From: Patescibacteria group bacterium
Lineage (GTDB): Bacteria; Patescibacteriota; Patescibacteriia; PEXW01
Direction: 5' to 3'
DNA: 64,000 bases
Assembly: GCA_041665345.1 (NCBI GenBank)
Contig: JBAYJA010000001.1
Span: 393,206-457,205, forward strand
Shown: in pieces, positions 9,193 through 18,615 of the stretch
Numbering within the stretch: the first letter of the stretch is position 1
How the letters are laid out: each line of letters opens with the position of its first letter
Made by a program: the position numbers and the translations under genes
The notes under the pieces: generated by a model
Databases searched by the model: none
Seen by the model: only the letters and a program-made list of their open reading frames with translations
What the model was told of the DNA's origin: nothing

Positions 9193-9543
9193 CTAGAAGT
9201 CCTCGGATTCTTCAACAGATCGCTTTGCGGCGCGCTTCGCTTTTTTCTCTCGGGCAAAGGAAACAATTTCGGTTACCGCGCGAACTACGCTGCTCACCGC
9301 CGATGCCGAGGAGCTGACTTTGGATTGGATGACGTCGAGCATTTCCCCAAAGTGCGTGAGACGCTGGTGGACACCTTGGATCATCTGTCGGAATTCCGTA
9401 ATTGCCCCGTGAATGTCTTTGACAATCTGCACGAGGTAGTACAGGAGCCAGACAATGCCGGTCCCGACCCCAAGCAGCACAACCGCCAAAACGATGTTGA
9501 GGATGTCTCCAGTGCTCATAGGCAGAGTATAGCACAGTGCCAA
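9193..9543 (-). CDS. small membrane protein of the DUF948/YtxG type (TM helix plus coiled coil)
   Basis: N-terminal TM segment LNIVLAVVLLGVGTGIVWLLYYL with a charged C-terminus. Confidence 0.45.
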   Translation of the reverse strand: MALCYTLPMSTGDILNIVLAVVLLGVGTGIVWLLYYLVQIVKDIHGAITEFRQMIQGVHQRLTHFGEMLDVIQSKVSSSASAVSSVVRAVTEIVSFAREKKAKRAAKRSVEESEDF

Positions 9544-9610
9544 AAAGGGGGTACGGCGTAAAAACCCGCACGACTAGCGGAGATATGGGGGGAAGAGATA
9601 TACTGCAGCC

Positions 9611-10444
9611 ATGCAAACGGACAATGTTTCGGACCTCAGTTTACGCTTGAATGCCTGGGTGCTGACCAACCGGCAAGAGCTCCGGAAGTGGTGGGTTATT
9701 TGCATCCTGGGCGTCAATGTTTTTCTGCTGTCCGCCGTGCTCACCCAAGGTTTGCTCTTCCTCTTCAAATTCCAGGATAGCGGGAGTATCACGCAAATCA
9801 TTGTCGCAAGCGTTGCATCGGTTGGGGAGCAATCGGCTGTCGTGGCGCCAAAACCCCTTGTGACCGCGGCACCAGTTTCTGTACTCCACGGTGCTGGTCG
9901 GTTTGATTTTTTGCAGCGGCTGGAAAATCCAAATGCAAACTGGCAGGCAGTCGCTGAGGTGACCTTCCAAGGTGGGGCAAAAACCTTACCTCCTGTACGA
10001 GTTGTCCTATCACCCAAGTCTACCCTCTACGCCGTTGCCTTAGACATTGAGCCAAAGTCCACCACCGGGGTGCCGCAACCAACGGCAACGCTCACCAGAG
10101 TTTCGTGGACCCGGCAGGTTATTGATCCGTTTGCAGACATTCGGGTGAAGATTGAAAATGTGCAGCAAGCACAAGTTGAGCTGACCACAGGTGACCAGGC
10201 GAAGCGCATGGTAACGCAGGTGACAGGTACGGTCGTCAATCCGTCGCTCTACGCCATTCGTGGGTTACGAATTGGCATTCTGCTCCTCCGTGACCAGAGC
10301 GTGGTGGGCGTCCGCACGGCAATTGTCTCAGTGCCACGGGAAGCGCGTGCACCTTTTTCGGTGGAGTGGGAAGACGTGGTGAGTGGTGTCACTTCCATTC
10401 AAACGTACCCTGAACTTCACGCTGAGATAATTGTTGCATCGTAG
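9611..10444 (+). CDS. hypothetical membrane-anchored protein
   Basis: N-terminal TM helix and no recognisable family; sits upstream of ftsW. Confidence 0.45.
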   Translation: MQTDNVSDLSLRLNAWVLTNRQELRKWWVICILGVNVFLLSAVLTQGLLFLFKFQDSGSITQIIVASVASVGEQSAVVAPKPLVTAAPVSVLHGAGRFDFLQRLENPNANWQAVAEVTFQGGAKTLPPVRVVLSPKSTLYAVALDIEPKSTTGVPQPTATLTRVSWTRQVIDPFADIRVKIENVQQAQVELTTGDQAKRMVTQVTGTVVNPSLYAIRGLRIGILLLRDQSVVGVRTAIVSVPREARAPFSVEWEDVVSGVTSIQTYPELHAEIIVAS

Positions 10445-11561
10445 CATGGCGCGTTCGTCATTGCGGATTCTCGCGCACCTTGATTGGCCACTGGCTGTCG
10501 CCAGTGGTGTGCTCATTCTTTTTGGGCTGGTGGCTTTGGCGAGTGTCACTGTGGCAAAGAGTCCTCCAGATTGGTCAACGTTTACCCAGCAGGGTATTTT
10601 TGTTGGCGTCGGTTTGGTCATTTTCATTGGCGCGGTTTTGGTTGACTATCGAACTATCCGTGGGCTGAGTACGGTAGCGTACGTTGTTGCCGTGCTCCTT
10701 CTGCTGGGCGTGCTTTTTTTTGGGAAAGAAATTCGGAGTACGACTGGGTGGTTCGTGATTGCGGGCGCCAGTTTTCAGCCGGTCGAGCTGGCAAAACTGC
10801 TATGGATCATTGCGTTCAGTGCGTACCTCGCCAGGTTTGCCCGAGCCTTTGACCAGTGGCGGCACCTTTTCATTTCCGGTGGCTTCGTGGCTATCCTCAT
10901 TGGCTTGGTGCTCCTCCAGCCTGACCTGGGGTCAGCGGTTGTCCTTGGGGGCATCTTTTTGGGTTTACTGCTCATGGCGAATATTCGTGGGCGGCAAATC
11001 GCTATTCTCCTCACCCTGCTTGTTGTGCTCGGTAGTCTGAGTTATGCATTCTTGCTACGTGACTACCAGAAGAATCGGATTCAGCAAGTCTTCCATCCAG
11101 AAGCCGACCCTTTAGGCCAAGGCTACAACGTCACCCAAGCGCTCATCGCGGTCGGCTCGGGTCAGCTCTTCGGCCGGGGATTTGGCCAGGGCACGCAGAG
11201 TCAGTTGAACTTCCTTCCCGAACAGCAAACAGACTTCATTTTTGCGGTGCTGGCAGAAGAGTTTGGATTTGTTGGCGTCCTCCTGCTCCTGGGCAGCTTT
11301 GGGGTAGTGCTCGTACGGACGCTTTCCATTGGCCGCCACGCCCGGGAAGATTTTGGAGCATTCCTCTGTGCCGGAGTTGCGATAGGCTACGCGGTGCAGG
11401 TAGGGATTAATGTGGGCATGAACGTTGGTTTGTTTCCGGTGGCTGGTATTCCTTTGCCCTTCGTCAGTGCAGGGGGAAGTTCCATGGTCGCCAGTCTCCT
11501 GGCCTTGGGTATGGTGCAGAGCGTGGCTGTCCGTCGGCGAACCAGCGGTTTAGAGAGTTGA
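10431..11561 (+). CDS. ftsW: SEDS-family peptidoglycan glycosyltransferase FtsW/RodA
   Basis: Multi-TM protein with FtsW/RodA motifs (QPVELAKLL, LQPDLGSAVV, DFIFAVLAEEFGFVG). Confidence 0.85.
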   Translation: MLHRSMARSSLRILAHLDWPLAVASGVLILFGLVALASVTVAKSPPDWSTFTQQGIFVGVGLVIFIGAVLVDYRTIRGLSTVAYVVAVLLLLGVLFFGKEIRSTTGWFVIAGASFQPVELAKLLWIIAFSAYLARFARAFDQWRHLFISGGFVAILIGLVLLQPDLGSAVVLGGIFLGLLLMANIRGRQIAILLTLLVVLGSLSYAFLLRDYQKNRIQQVFHPEADPLGQGYNVTQALIAVGSGQLFGRGFGQGTQSQLNFLPEQQTDFIFAVLAEEFGFVGVLLLLGSFGVVLVRTLSIGRHAREDFGAFLCAGVAIGYAVQVGINVGMNVGLFPVAGIPLPFVSAGGSSMVASLLALGMVQSVAVRRRTSGLES

Positions 11562-11576
11562 CGAACAGGGAGCCAC

Positions 11577-11936
11577 GTGGTATGGTCACCCCGTACATTT
11601 CTTGTACCTATGCCCATGCTCCCTTCATTCCCATCTCGTCTGCATGCCCGGTTTACCGGGAGTTGCCCTCGGTGTCGAAGCCTCTTCCAGCCGGCGAATG
11701 TGACGGTTGTGGCTGAGGATGAGGAGCAGCAGCTCTTACACCTGGTGTGCCAGCAATGTCGCACCGGCCTTCTGGCCTTGGTGGGGATTACTGTCAATGG
11801 CTTACGGTCTGTGGAAATCGTCACCGACTTGACTGGAGCAGACGCGGAGCGATTCATTGCCGCGCAGCCAGTCAATGCCGAAGACGTTCTGGCGCTGCAT
11901 ACAGCGCTGGGCCGATCCACCTTCCGGCTTCGCTAG
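11577..11936 (+). CDS. hypothetical zinc-ribbon protein (CPRC...CQQC)
   Basis: Two CxxC pairs; the true start is probably the internal Met MPMLPS. Confidence 0.4.
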   Translation: MVWSPRTFLVPMPMLPSFPSRLHARFTGSCPRCRSLFQPANVTVVAEDEEQQLLHLVCQQCRTGLLALVGITVNGLRSVEIVTDLTGADAERFIAAQPVNAEDVLALHTALGRSTFRLR

Positions 11937-12016
11937 GCAAGTCGCCAACTGGAGCAGATGAAGCGCTCAGTCTTTTTCTTTGATTGTCTTCTTTCTCATC
12001 TCTTTGATTGATTTGT

Positions 12017-12712
12017 ATGACGCTCTCGCTTACTGCTATTCCTCGCACCGCTTCCAAAGGTGAACGCACTCGCGTTCGCAAAGAAGATCACATTCCAGCT
12101 GTGGTGTACGGCCATGGTATTGCCAGCCAAACAATTGCGGTTCCTCGTAGTGACTTTGAGAAGGTTTTCCGTGAAGCTGGCGAATCAACATTGGTAACGC
12201 TTTCACTCCAGGGTGGCGCGCCAGTGCAGACCCTCATCCAAGATGTCCACCGTCATCCAACGCTGGGTACTATTCAGCATGTGGATTTCTACCAAGTCCG
12301 CATGAATGAGAAGATTAGTAATGATGTGCCGTTAGTCTTCACCGGTGAGTCCCCAGCAGTCAAAGCCTTGGGCGGCATTCTGGTGAAGAACATTGACACG
12401 CTGAAAATTACCTGTTTGCCTGCAGATTTGCCATCAGAATTGACGGTTGATATTCGCCGGTTAGAAAATTTTGAATCTCGTATTACCGTTGCTGATATTC
12501 CGTTACCCAAAGGTGTTACGCTGGAAACGAAGGCGGAAGAGATTATTGCGGTGGTTGAGGCACCTCGAACAGAAGATGAACTGAAAGCTCTGGATGAAAA
12601 AGTGGAAGAGAATGTGGAGGCTGTCCAGAAAGTGGAGAAGCCAGTCGGAGCTGAAGAAGAGGCAGTTGTCGCTGCACCAGGTGCAGAAGCTGCACCCGCG
12701 AAGAAAGCCTAG
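12017..12712 (+). CDS. rplY: ribosomal protein L25/general stress protein Ctc (long form)
   Basis: RVRKEDHIPAVVYGHG...HVDFYQV L25 signature with an acidic C-terminal extension. Confidence 0.8.
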   Translation: MTLSLTAIPRTASKGERTRVRKEDHIPAVVYGHGIASQTIAVPRSDFEKVFREAGESTLVTLSLQGGAPVQTLIQDVHRHPTLGTIQHVDFYQVRMNEKISNDVPLVFTGESPAVKALGGILVKNIDTLKITCLPADLPSELTVDIRRLENFESRITVADIPLPKGVTLETKAEEIIAVVEAPRTEDELKALDEKVEENVEAVQKVEKPVGAEEEAVVAAPGAEAAPAKKA

Positions 12713-12719
12713 GGCGCCT

Positions 12720-13793
12720 ATGGGAGGGAGGCTCACGGATAGACCTAGTGACTACACCTTTGGCAAGCGCAAACGGCGTTGGCCGTGGGTGGTGGCTGGT
12801 GTCGTGGTAGCGCTGGGGAGTATTTCCACAGGTGGTTACTACCTCTACCGGAGCAAGAGTGTAAAAAAAAGTAGTGCCGCAAATGTCGAGACGGTCACCA
12901 GTGCAGAACAAGCACGGCGTCTTGATGGCGTGCTTGTTCCGGCTGTAAAGGCAAATTTTTTGCCATTAGCCGTAGTAATTGAAAATCACTCCAGCGTGCG
13001 GCCGCAGAGCGGGTTGAGCCAGGCTGGCGTGGTCTACGAAGCTTTGGCTGAGGGTGGCATCACCCGCTTCTTGGCCGTGTTTGCAATCAATGGTGATCTA
13101 CAGATTGGTCCAGTGCGTTCGGCACGGCCGTACTTTGTGCAACTCGCGCGGGCGTATAACGGGATGTTCGTCCATGCTGGATACTCACCCCAGGCGAAAG
13201 AGCAAATCCAGAAAACCGGCATCGTTGACTTTGACCAGTTTGCAAAACCCTATAATTTTGACCGCATCAGCGGCCGTCCGTCTGAGCACGCGCTTTTCAC
13301 CTCGCTTCGGTTGCTAGAGCTTGGTCGGAAGGGTTTGAAACTTGACGACAAGGGCACATTCACGCCCTGGTCCTTTAAGGATGATCGCCCAGTGCAACCT
13401 CCGGTGGCCACAAAAGTGACGGTGGATTTTTCTACGGCATCGTATCGGGTTGGGTATGCCTATGACGCAGCCACGAATAGCTACCTTCGTTCGCAAGGGG
13501 GAATAGCAGCGAAAGACAAGGAAAACGGACAGGGGATTACCCCCAAGAATGTCGTGGTCCTCTTTACGACGTCAACGCTCTTCGATGCGCTTCGACGGAA
13601 CATTTTGGTCGTGGGTGAAGGCAAGGCGTTGGTTTTTCAGGATGGAAATGTTATTGTAGGGAAGTGGCGAAAGCCGGAGGCGGCTACGCAGCTCACGTTC
13701 ACTGATGCGAATGGGGAACCGCTTTCCCTGAATCGTGGGCAAACCTGGGTTGAGGTGGTTGATCTGCCCGAGCGAAATGTCACTTATTCATAA
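12720..13793 (+). CDS. DUF3048 (YerB-like) lipoprotein-type protein
   Basis: ENHSSVRPQSGLSQAGVVYEALAEGGITRFLAVF...GPVRSARPYF matches the Bacillus YerB/DUF3048 core. Confidence 0.75.
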   Translation: MGGRLTDRPSDYTFGKRKRRWPWVVAGVVVALGSISTGGYYLYRSKSVKKSSAANVETVTSAEQARRLDGVLVPAVKANFLPLAVVIENHSSVRPQSGLSQAGVVYEALAEGGITRFLAVFAINGDLQIGPVRSARPYFVQLARAYNGMFVHAGYSPQAKEQIQKTGIVDFDQFAKPYNFDRISGRPSEHALFTSLRLLELGRKGLKLDDKGTFTPWSFKDDRPVQPPVATKVTVDFSTASYRVGYAYDAATNSYLRSQGGIAAKDKENGQGITPKNVVVLFTTSTLFDALRRNILVVGEGKALVFQDGNVIVGKWRKPEAATQLTFTDANGEPLSLNRGQTWVEVVDLPERNVTYS

Positions 13794-13818
13794 ATTTTTT
13801 CCTTTTCAAACAACGCAC

Positions 13819-15075
13819 ATGGCAAAAGCTCCCAAAAAATCTGTTGAAGAAGTCAAAGTCACCCCCAAAGCATCGGCAAAAAAAGCACCAGCAGCAAAAC
13901 CAGCGCCCGTGGTTGATCCTGCAACGGATCTGAGTAATACTTCTAAGAAGTCCATTCCTCCCGCAGAAACCCAGAGTGCCTGGCAACGACTGTCAGCCAA
14001 ATTTGGTACAGGTGGTTCACGCTGGCTTGCGCTCGGTGGTGCCGCGGTTGCTCTGGCAATTATCATCATTGGGGTTGGCATTGCGCTTAGCTCTGGCTCA
14101 TCGGATGATGAGACTGAGTTGGTGACCAATACTGCAGGGTATGAGAATGTAAATGTAGCGAATATACCCTTTTCACCAGATTTGGCTGGTGGGAACCGGT
14201 ACGTGCACGGGCACTACTACCCGTTGGCAGTCATGATTGATAATGCATCGCCCGCACGGCCGCAGTCCGGTCTGCAGGCTGCTTCTGTAGTCTACGAAGC
14301 ATTGGTGGAAGGTGGCATTACTCGGTTCATGGCAATTTTTGACCAAGGAAAGGTTGATCAAATTGGACCCGTTCGTTCCGCCCGGCCATACTACCTGTCA
14401 TGGCTAACTGAGTATGATGCTGCATACGCGCATGCCGGTGGTTCACCGGAAGCGCTGGGTGATATTCAGAAAAATCGCATCCATGATATTAACGGTATTG
14501 GCAGCGCGGCCGGTGCTTTTGTCCGTGATCGGTCTCGCCCAGCACCGCATAATCTCTACACGACATCGTTCAAGATGTATACCATTACCCAGAAGCAGAA
14601 ATTAGCCTACAGCGATGCGGTCATTGAGCCCTGGACATTCGCCCAGACCGGGGCAGTTGCTCCAGCTGACGTGACGGCCGCGAAGAAAGTTACCTTCTAC
14701 TTCACCGGAACAACCAAGTCCACCAAGATTGTCTACACCTACGATGCTGCGAAGGGTGGGTGGCTCCGCAGTCAGGCAGATGCGGCGCACCAAGACCGGC
14801 TTACGAAGCAGCAGATTGTGGTGAAAAATCTCGTCATTCAAACTATTTCGAACAACATTTCCGTGGGTGAAAAAGGCCGGCTGACCATGACCGTGACCGG
14901 AACAGGAACAGCGAAGGTGTTTGGGGCTGGGACGGTCCAAAACGCAACCTGGAAAAAAGCAGAGAAGAACAGCCGCACGACCTTCACTGATGCTAACGGC
15001 ACCGCGGTGGTTTTCCAACCGGGGAATACGTGGATTGAAGTACTGCCCGCAGGCCGGACCGTGGTTGTTGAGTAA
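13819..15075 (+). CDS. second DUF3048 (YerB-like) protein, tandem paralog
   Basis: IDNASPARPQSGLQAASVVYEALVEGGITRFMAIF...GPVRSARPYY. ATG at 13819 with a Lys/Ala-rich N-terminal linker. Confidence 0.75.
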   Translation: MAKAPKKSVEEVKVTPKASAKKAPAAKPAPVVDPATDLSNTSKKSIPPAETQSAWQRLSAKFGTGGSRWLALGGAAVALAIIIIGVGIALSSGSSDDETELVTNTAGYENVNVANIPFSPDLAGGNRYVHGHYYPLAVMIDNASPARPQSGLQAASVVYEALVEGGITRFMAIFDQGKVDQIGPVRSARPYYLSWLTEYDAAYAHAGGSPEALGDIQKNRIHDINGIGSAAGAFVRDRSRPAPHNLYTTSFKMYTITQKQKLAYSDAVIEPWTFAQTGAVAPADVTAAKKVTFYFTGTTKSTKIVYTYDAAKGGWLRSQADAAHQDRLTKQQIVVKNLVIQTISNNISVGEKGRLTMTVTGTGTAKVFGAGTVQNATWKKAEKNSRTTFTDANGTAVVFQPGNTWIEVLPAGRTVVVE

Positions 15076-15909
15076 ATGCGCCAACGCGTTAAACTGCTGA
15101 CCATCGACTTGGACGATACACTCATCGGCCAAGACTTGGTGGTATCCCCGCGGAATCGGGCAGCCATCCGCCGTGCTGTGCGAGCGGGGATTATTGTGAC
15201 GTTGGCCACTGGGCGCACGTTCAGCACCACCCAGCCCTTTGCGCAGCGTTTGGGTTTGCACCATACTTTGGCCTGCTTTCAGGGAGCGTTGCTACGTGGG
15301 AAGCATAAAATTCTCACCTCACGCACCATGCCGCCGCAATTCTACTTAGATATTATTAAATTTGGTTTGCGACACAAGGTCCAGCAGTGCGTGTACGCCT
15401 TGGACCATGACACGGTGTACTTCCAGCGGCCACTGAATACGTTTGGCAAAGAGTACCTGGATCGGATTGAGCAGGTTCGGCAAATTAGCTTGGTTAATCT
15501 GGTCAGCTATCCCTTCCCACATCCGCCTATCAAAGTCATGTTTATAACCAGTCCAGAGAAGGTGGTCAAACTAGAGGCCATGGCCAAACGCAAGTGGGGC
15601 GATGCACTGTACATTACCCAGACCCGCGCCAACCTGTTGGAGTTTTTGCACCCACAGGTGAATAAAGGTTTTGCCTTGCGGTACTTGGCGAATCACTACC
15701 ACCTCCCACTCTCGCAAACTGCCGCAATAGGTGACGGGCATAACGACATTCCCATGCTGGAAACAGCCGGGGTTTCTTTTGCGGTCCGGAATGCGCCCCG
15801 GGTTGTGGAAGCGGCGGCAGATCACGTGGTTGCCGCCTGGGATCAAGACGGGGTGGCTGAAGCCATTGATTGGATTCTGGCCCACCAACCCAAGCGGACG
15901 AAGAAATAA
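15076..15909 (+). CDS. Cof-type HAD-IIB hydrolase
   Basis: DLDDTL motif I, GRTF, and GDGHNDIPML motif IV. Confidence 0.8.
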   Translation: MRQRVKLLTIDLDDTLIGQDLVVSPRNRAAIRRAVRAGIIVTLATGRTFSTTQPFAQRLGLHHTLACFQGALLRGKHKILTSRTMPPQFYLDIIKFGLRHKVQQCVYALDHDTVYFQRPLNTFGKEYLDRIEQVRQISLVNLVSYPFPHPPIKVMFITSPEKVVKLEAMAKRKWGDALYITQTRANLLEFLHPQVNKGFALRYLANHYHLPLSQTAAIGDGHNDIPMLETAGVSFAVRNAPRVVEAAADHVVAAWDQDGVAEAIDWILAHQPKRTKK

Positions 15910-15911
15910 AA

Positions 15912-15945
15912 AATACCGTCCTGCCAGGGTCTGACAGGACGGAGT
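15912..15945. terminator. bidirectional terminator hairpin CCGTCCTG-N-CAGGACGG between convergent genes
   Basis: Perfect 8-bp inverted repeat preceded by AAAAAATA. Confidence 0.55.
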
Positions 15946-15947
15946 AC

Positions 15948-16277
15948 TTAGGCGACCATACGCGGTGGCCGTGTTTTGTGTGTACGCGAGCGAATGTTCA
16001 TCATGTTCTCCATCTGCTCGGCAACTAGACCCCTGGTGTAGGACGAATCCTCCGTTTCGAGGAAGTACGTCAGTGGTTGGAAATGCGCTACATGCCCACT
16101 GGTTCTGACAATCCGCAGATGATTTGCACAGAGGATTGTTCGTGCGTGAATGGGGGAATCAATTGCGTAGAGGTGGGCGCCGAAGAGCACAGGCTTGCCT
16201 CTTTCGCGGTGATTCTTGAGTGCGCTGATGCCACAGCTTGGGAAGTAGCAACGATAGCCCCGGTTTGTTGAGCACAT
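15948..16277 (-). CDS. Cys/His-rich hypothetical protein (possible Zn-finger or HNH-like fold)
   Basis: Strong RBS AGGAGG 5 nt before the ATG. Product begins CSTNRGYRCYFPSC and later carries CANH and an H..H. Confidence 0.5.
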   Translation of the reverse strand: MCSTNRGYRCYFPSCGISALKNHRERGKPVLFGAHLYAIDSPIHARTILCANHLRIVRTSGHVAHFQPLTYFLETEDSSYTRGLVAEQMENMMNIRSRTHKTRPPRMVA

Positions 16278-16332
16278 GTGTGCCTCCTAGTGTGTGAAGT
16301 ACAATGTTGGGGGAACCGCGAACTCTAGCACC

Positions 16333-17142
16333 CTACCCCCGCCATGTCAAGTGCAGGAAGCGCGGGCGGTTTGCTGCATCGTTGATTGTGGTTTGTGCAT
16401 ATCCCAAGCGCTTGATGAATGTCTGAAGCAGTTTTGGGTGCTGTGGCCCAACTTCCAGGTATAGGCTTGGATATTTGCGGTTTGCACACTGGGTCAAAAA
16501 CGTCCGCAGCAGCTTGTCGCCATTTTTTCCGCCTAGTAATGCCAGTTTTGGTTCGCGGGTGAGTTTCTGTGTTTCCGCTGGGGTAAGGTAGGGGAGATTC
16601 GCGACAATGACATCAAATTGCTCGTTTGGCTGGAGGGGGGCTGTGAGCGAGCCATGGCGGAATTGGACGCGTGGATGAACCTTGCTCAGTCTGGCGTTCG
16701 TACGTGCCACGCGGAGGGCTGCAGCTGAAATGTCTGTCGCAACAACTTTTGCATTGGGGAAAGCTTTGGCTAAGCCAATGACCAAGCAGCCAGAGCCCGT
16801 GCCAATCTCCGCGATCGTCTTGGGTGGATGGCCAGCGAAGTCTGAAATGATACGCTCCAGCAATTCCTCCGTCTCCGGGCGGGGGATGAGCACGGCGGGC
16901 GTAACCCGAACCGTAAAACCAGCAAAGGGTTGCGTTCCAATAATGTACGCAAAAGGCATGCCAGCCATTCTCTGGCGGATGGCTTTTTTAAGTCGCGACA
17001 TCTGTGTTAGGGTCAGCAGCTTTTCTGGATGCGCCAGAATGTGCGCTGGGTTTTTTCGCAGAACAAAAGCCAGCAGATCTCGGACTTCTCGAGGGTCTAT
17101 GCTTGGTGCTTGGAAAAACGAACCAACAGTCTGCCGGGGCAT
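16333..17142 (-). CDS. prmC: release factor glutamine N5-methyltransferase PrmC/HemK
   Basis: GTGSGCL SAM motif. The substrate motif reads NLPY rather than the canonical NPPY. Its start overlaps the prfA stop. Confidence 0.85.
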   Translation of the reverse strand: MPRQTVGSFFQAPSIDPREVRDLLAFVLRKNPAHILAHPEKLLTLTQMSRLKKAIRQRMAGMPFAYIIGTQPFAGFTVRVTPAVLIPRPETEELLERIISDFAGHPPKTIAEIGTGSGCLVIGLAKAFPNAKVVATDISAAALRVARTNARLSKVHPRVQFRHGSLTAPLQPNEQFDVIVANLPYLTPAETQKLTREPKLALLGGKNGDKLLRTFLTQCANRKYPSLYLEVGPQHPKLLQTFIKRLGYAQTTINDAANRPRFLHLTWRG

Positions 17143-18188
17143 TACTGTGCGCTGGGTTGGTGGGCAGCAGTTTGCACGGCCGCAATAATGTCGTCCAGTT
17201 CACCTTCCATCACGCCAGTGAGATTGTGGAAGTTCTGCTTGATGCGGTGGTCAGTCAGCCGGTTTTGCGGGAAGTTGTAGGTGCGGATTTTCTCACTCCG
17301 GTCACCCGTGCCAATTTGCTGCTTGCGCTGCTCAGTTGCTGCCTTGCGTTTCTTCTCTTCTTCAAAGGCAAACACCCGGGCACGCATGATGTTCATACCC
17401 TTTTCTCGGTTCTGCTTTTGCGATCGCTCATCCTGGCACTGCACCGTAATCCCGGTGGGAATATGCAGCAGGCGCACAGCAGAGTAGGTGGTGTTCACAG
17501 ACTGGCCACCGTGCCCAGAGGAGGTCGTCACTTCCATTTTGATGTCCTCGGGTTTGATGCTCACGTCCACCTCTTCCACAATGGGCAGCACGGCAACCGT
17601 CGCCGTGGAGGTGTGCACGCGGCCAGCCTTTTCCGTTTCCGGCACGCGCTGAACGCGGTGCACGCCAGACTCCCAGCGCAGCAGGCCAAAGGCACCTGGG
17701 GTGGGGATTTCAATAATTGCTTCTTTGTACCCGCCAATGCCCGTGCGGTTCGTGCTCACCAAGTGTGGGTGCCAGCCGTGATTCTCAGCAAAGCGGGTGT
17801 ACATGCGGCAGAGTTCCGCAGCGAACAAACCCGACTCGTCGCCCCCAGCGCCAGCACGAATTTCCACCAGGGCACCGCGCTCATCCATGGGGTCAATGGG
17901 TTGCTCCAGCACGCGCAGCTTCTCCGCCACTTCGGCCAGCTCTTTGGTAATCCGGGTGTGATCTTCAGTAGCAAGTGCCGCCAGGTCTGGGTCTTCCAAG
18001 GCGCTGGCGGTGTCCACCAGTTGTTCCTGCAACGATTGCTGGTCGCCCAGCAAACCCAAGTGCTCCACGACGCGTTTGTGCTCGCGGGAGAGCTGTTCCA
18101 GTTTTTTCCCATCACCCGCCCCAGCAGCAACTTGGAGTTCCTGTTCCAGAGCATCACGTTTGGCAGTGAGTTCGGGGAGCGTTGGCAT
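17142..18188 (-). CDS. prfA: peptide chain release factor 1
   Basis: GGQ motif (SSGHGGQSVNTT) and the RVQRVPETE codon-recognition region (PET rather than PAT). Confidence 0.9.
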   Translation of the reverse strand: MPTLPELTAKRDALEQELQVAAGAGDGKKLEQLSREHKRVVEHLGLLGDQQSLQEQLVDTASALEDPDLAALATEDHTRITKELAEVAEKLRVLEQPIDPMDERGALVEIRAGAGGDESGLFAAELCRMYTRFAENHGWHPHLVSTNRTGIGGYKEAIIEIPTPGAFGLLRWESGVHRVQRVPETEKAGRVHTSTATVAVLPIVEEVDVSIKPEDIKMEVTTSSGHGGQSVNTTYSAVRLLHIPTGITVQCQDERSQKQNREKGMNIMRARVFAFEEEKKRKAATEQRKQQIGTGDRSEKIRTYNFPQNRLTDHRIKQNFHNLTGVMEGELDDIIAAVQTAAHQPSAQ

Positions 18189-18240
18189 ATGGGCAAATAG
18201 CAAAACCGCCCACAGGGAGTATAAGGGGCGGCAGGTTGCG

Positions 18241-18504
18241 TTACTTCTTGGCTTTGGTGGTCTTCGCGGCCTTCCGTGTAAGTTTGTCTGTCTTCTTCAC
18301 AGAGGTCTTCTCTTGCATCTTCTTAAAGCGTTCCACCCGACCTTGGGCGTCCATGACCTTTTGGGTGCCGGTGTACAGCGGGTGGCAGTTTGAACAGACC
18401 TCAATCTGCAGGTCTTTTTGGGTGGAACCAGTGGCAAACGTATGCCCACAGGCGCAGCTGACCTTTGCGTCGTGGTGGTAGGTGGGGTGAATAGCGTCTT
18501 TCAT
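18241..18504 (-). CDS. rpmE: ribosomal protein L31
   Basis: MKDAIHP...CxCG...CSNCHP Zn-ribbon L31 pattern. Confidence 0.85.
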   Translation of the reverse strand: MKDAIHPTYHHDAKVSCACGHTFATGSTQKDLQIEVCSNCHPLYTGTQKVMDAQGRVERFKKMQEKTSVKKTDKLTRKAAKTTKAKK

Positions 18505-18565
18505 AGTTCGCCTACTATACCATGGTTTGAAGATTCGTCAAGGGAAACTGGATTCTGGGAAATAA

Positions 18566-18591
18566 AAAAGGGATCCAGTTGTTGGATCCCT
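18566..18591 (-). terminator. intrinsic terminator GGGATCCA-N4-TGGATCCC with a T6 run on the minus strand
   Basis: 8-bp perfect stem directly after the stop of the 18616-20442 gene. Confidence 0.55.
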
Positions 18592-18615
18592 AAAGAACAA
18601 TTAAATGCCCAAGAG

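Noticed and set aside
17004-18200. 398-aa plus-strand ORF
   Set aside because: Antisense to prfA; composition artefact.
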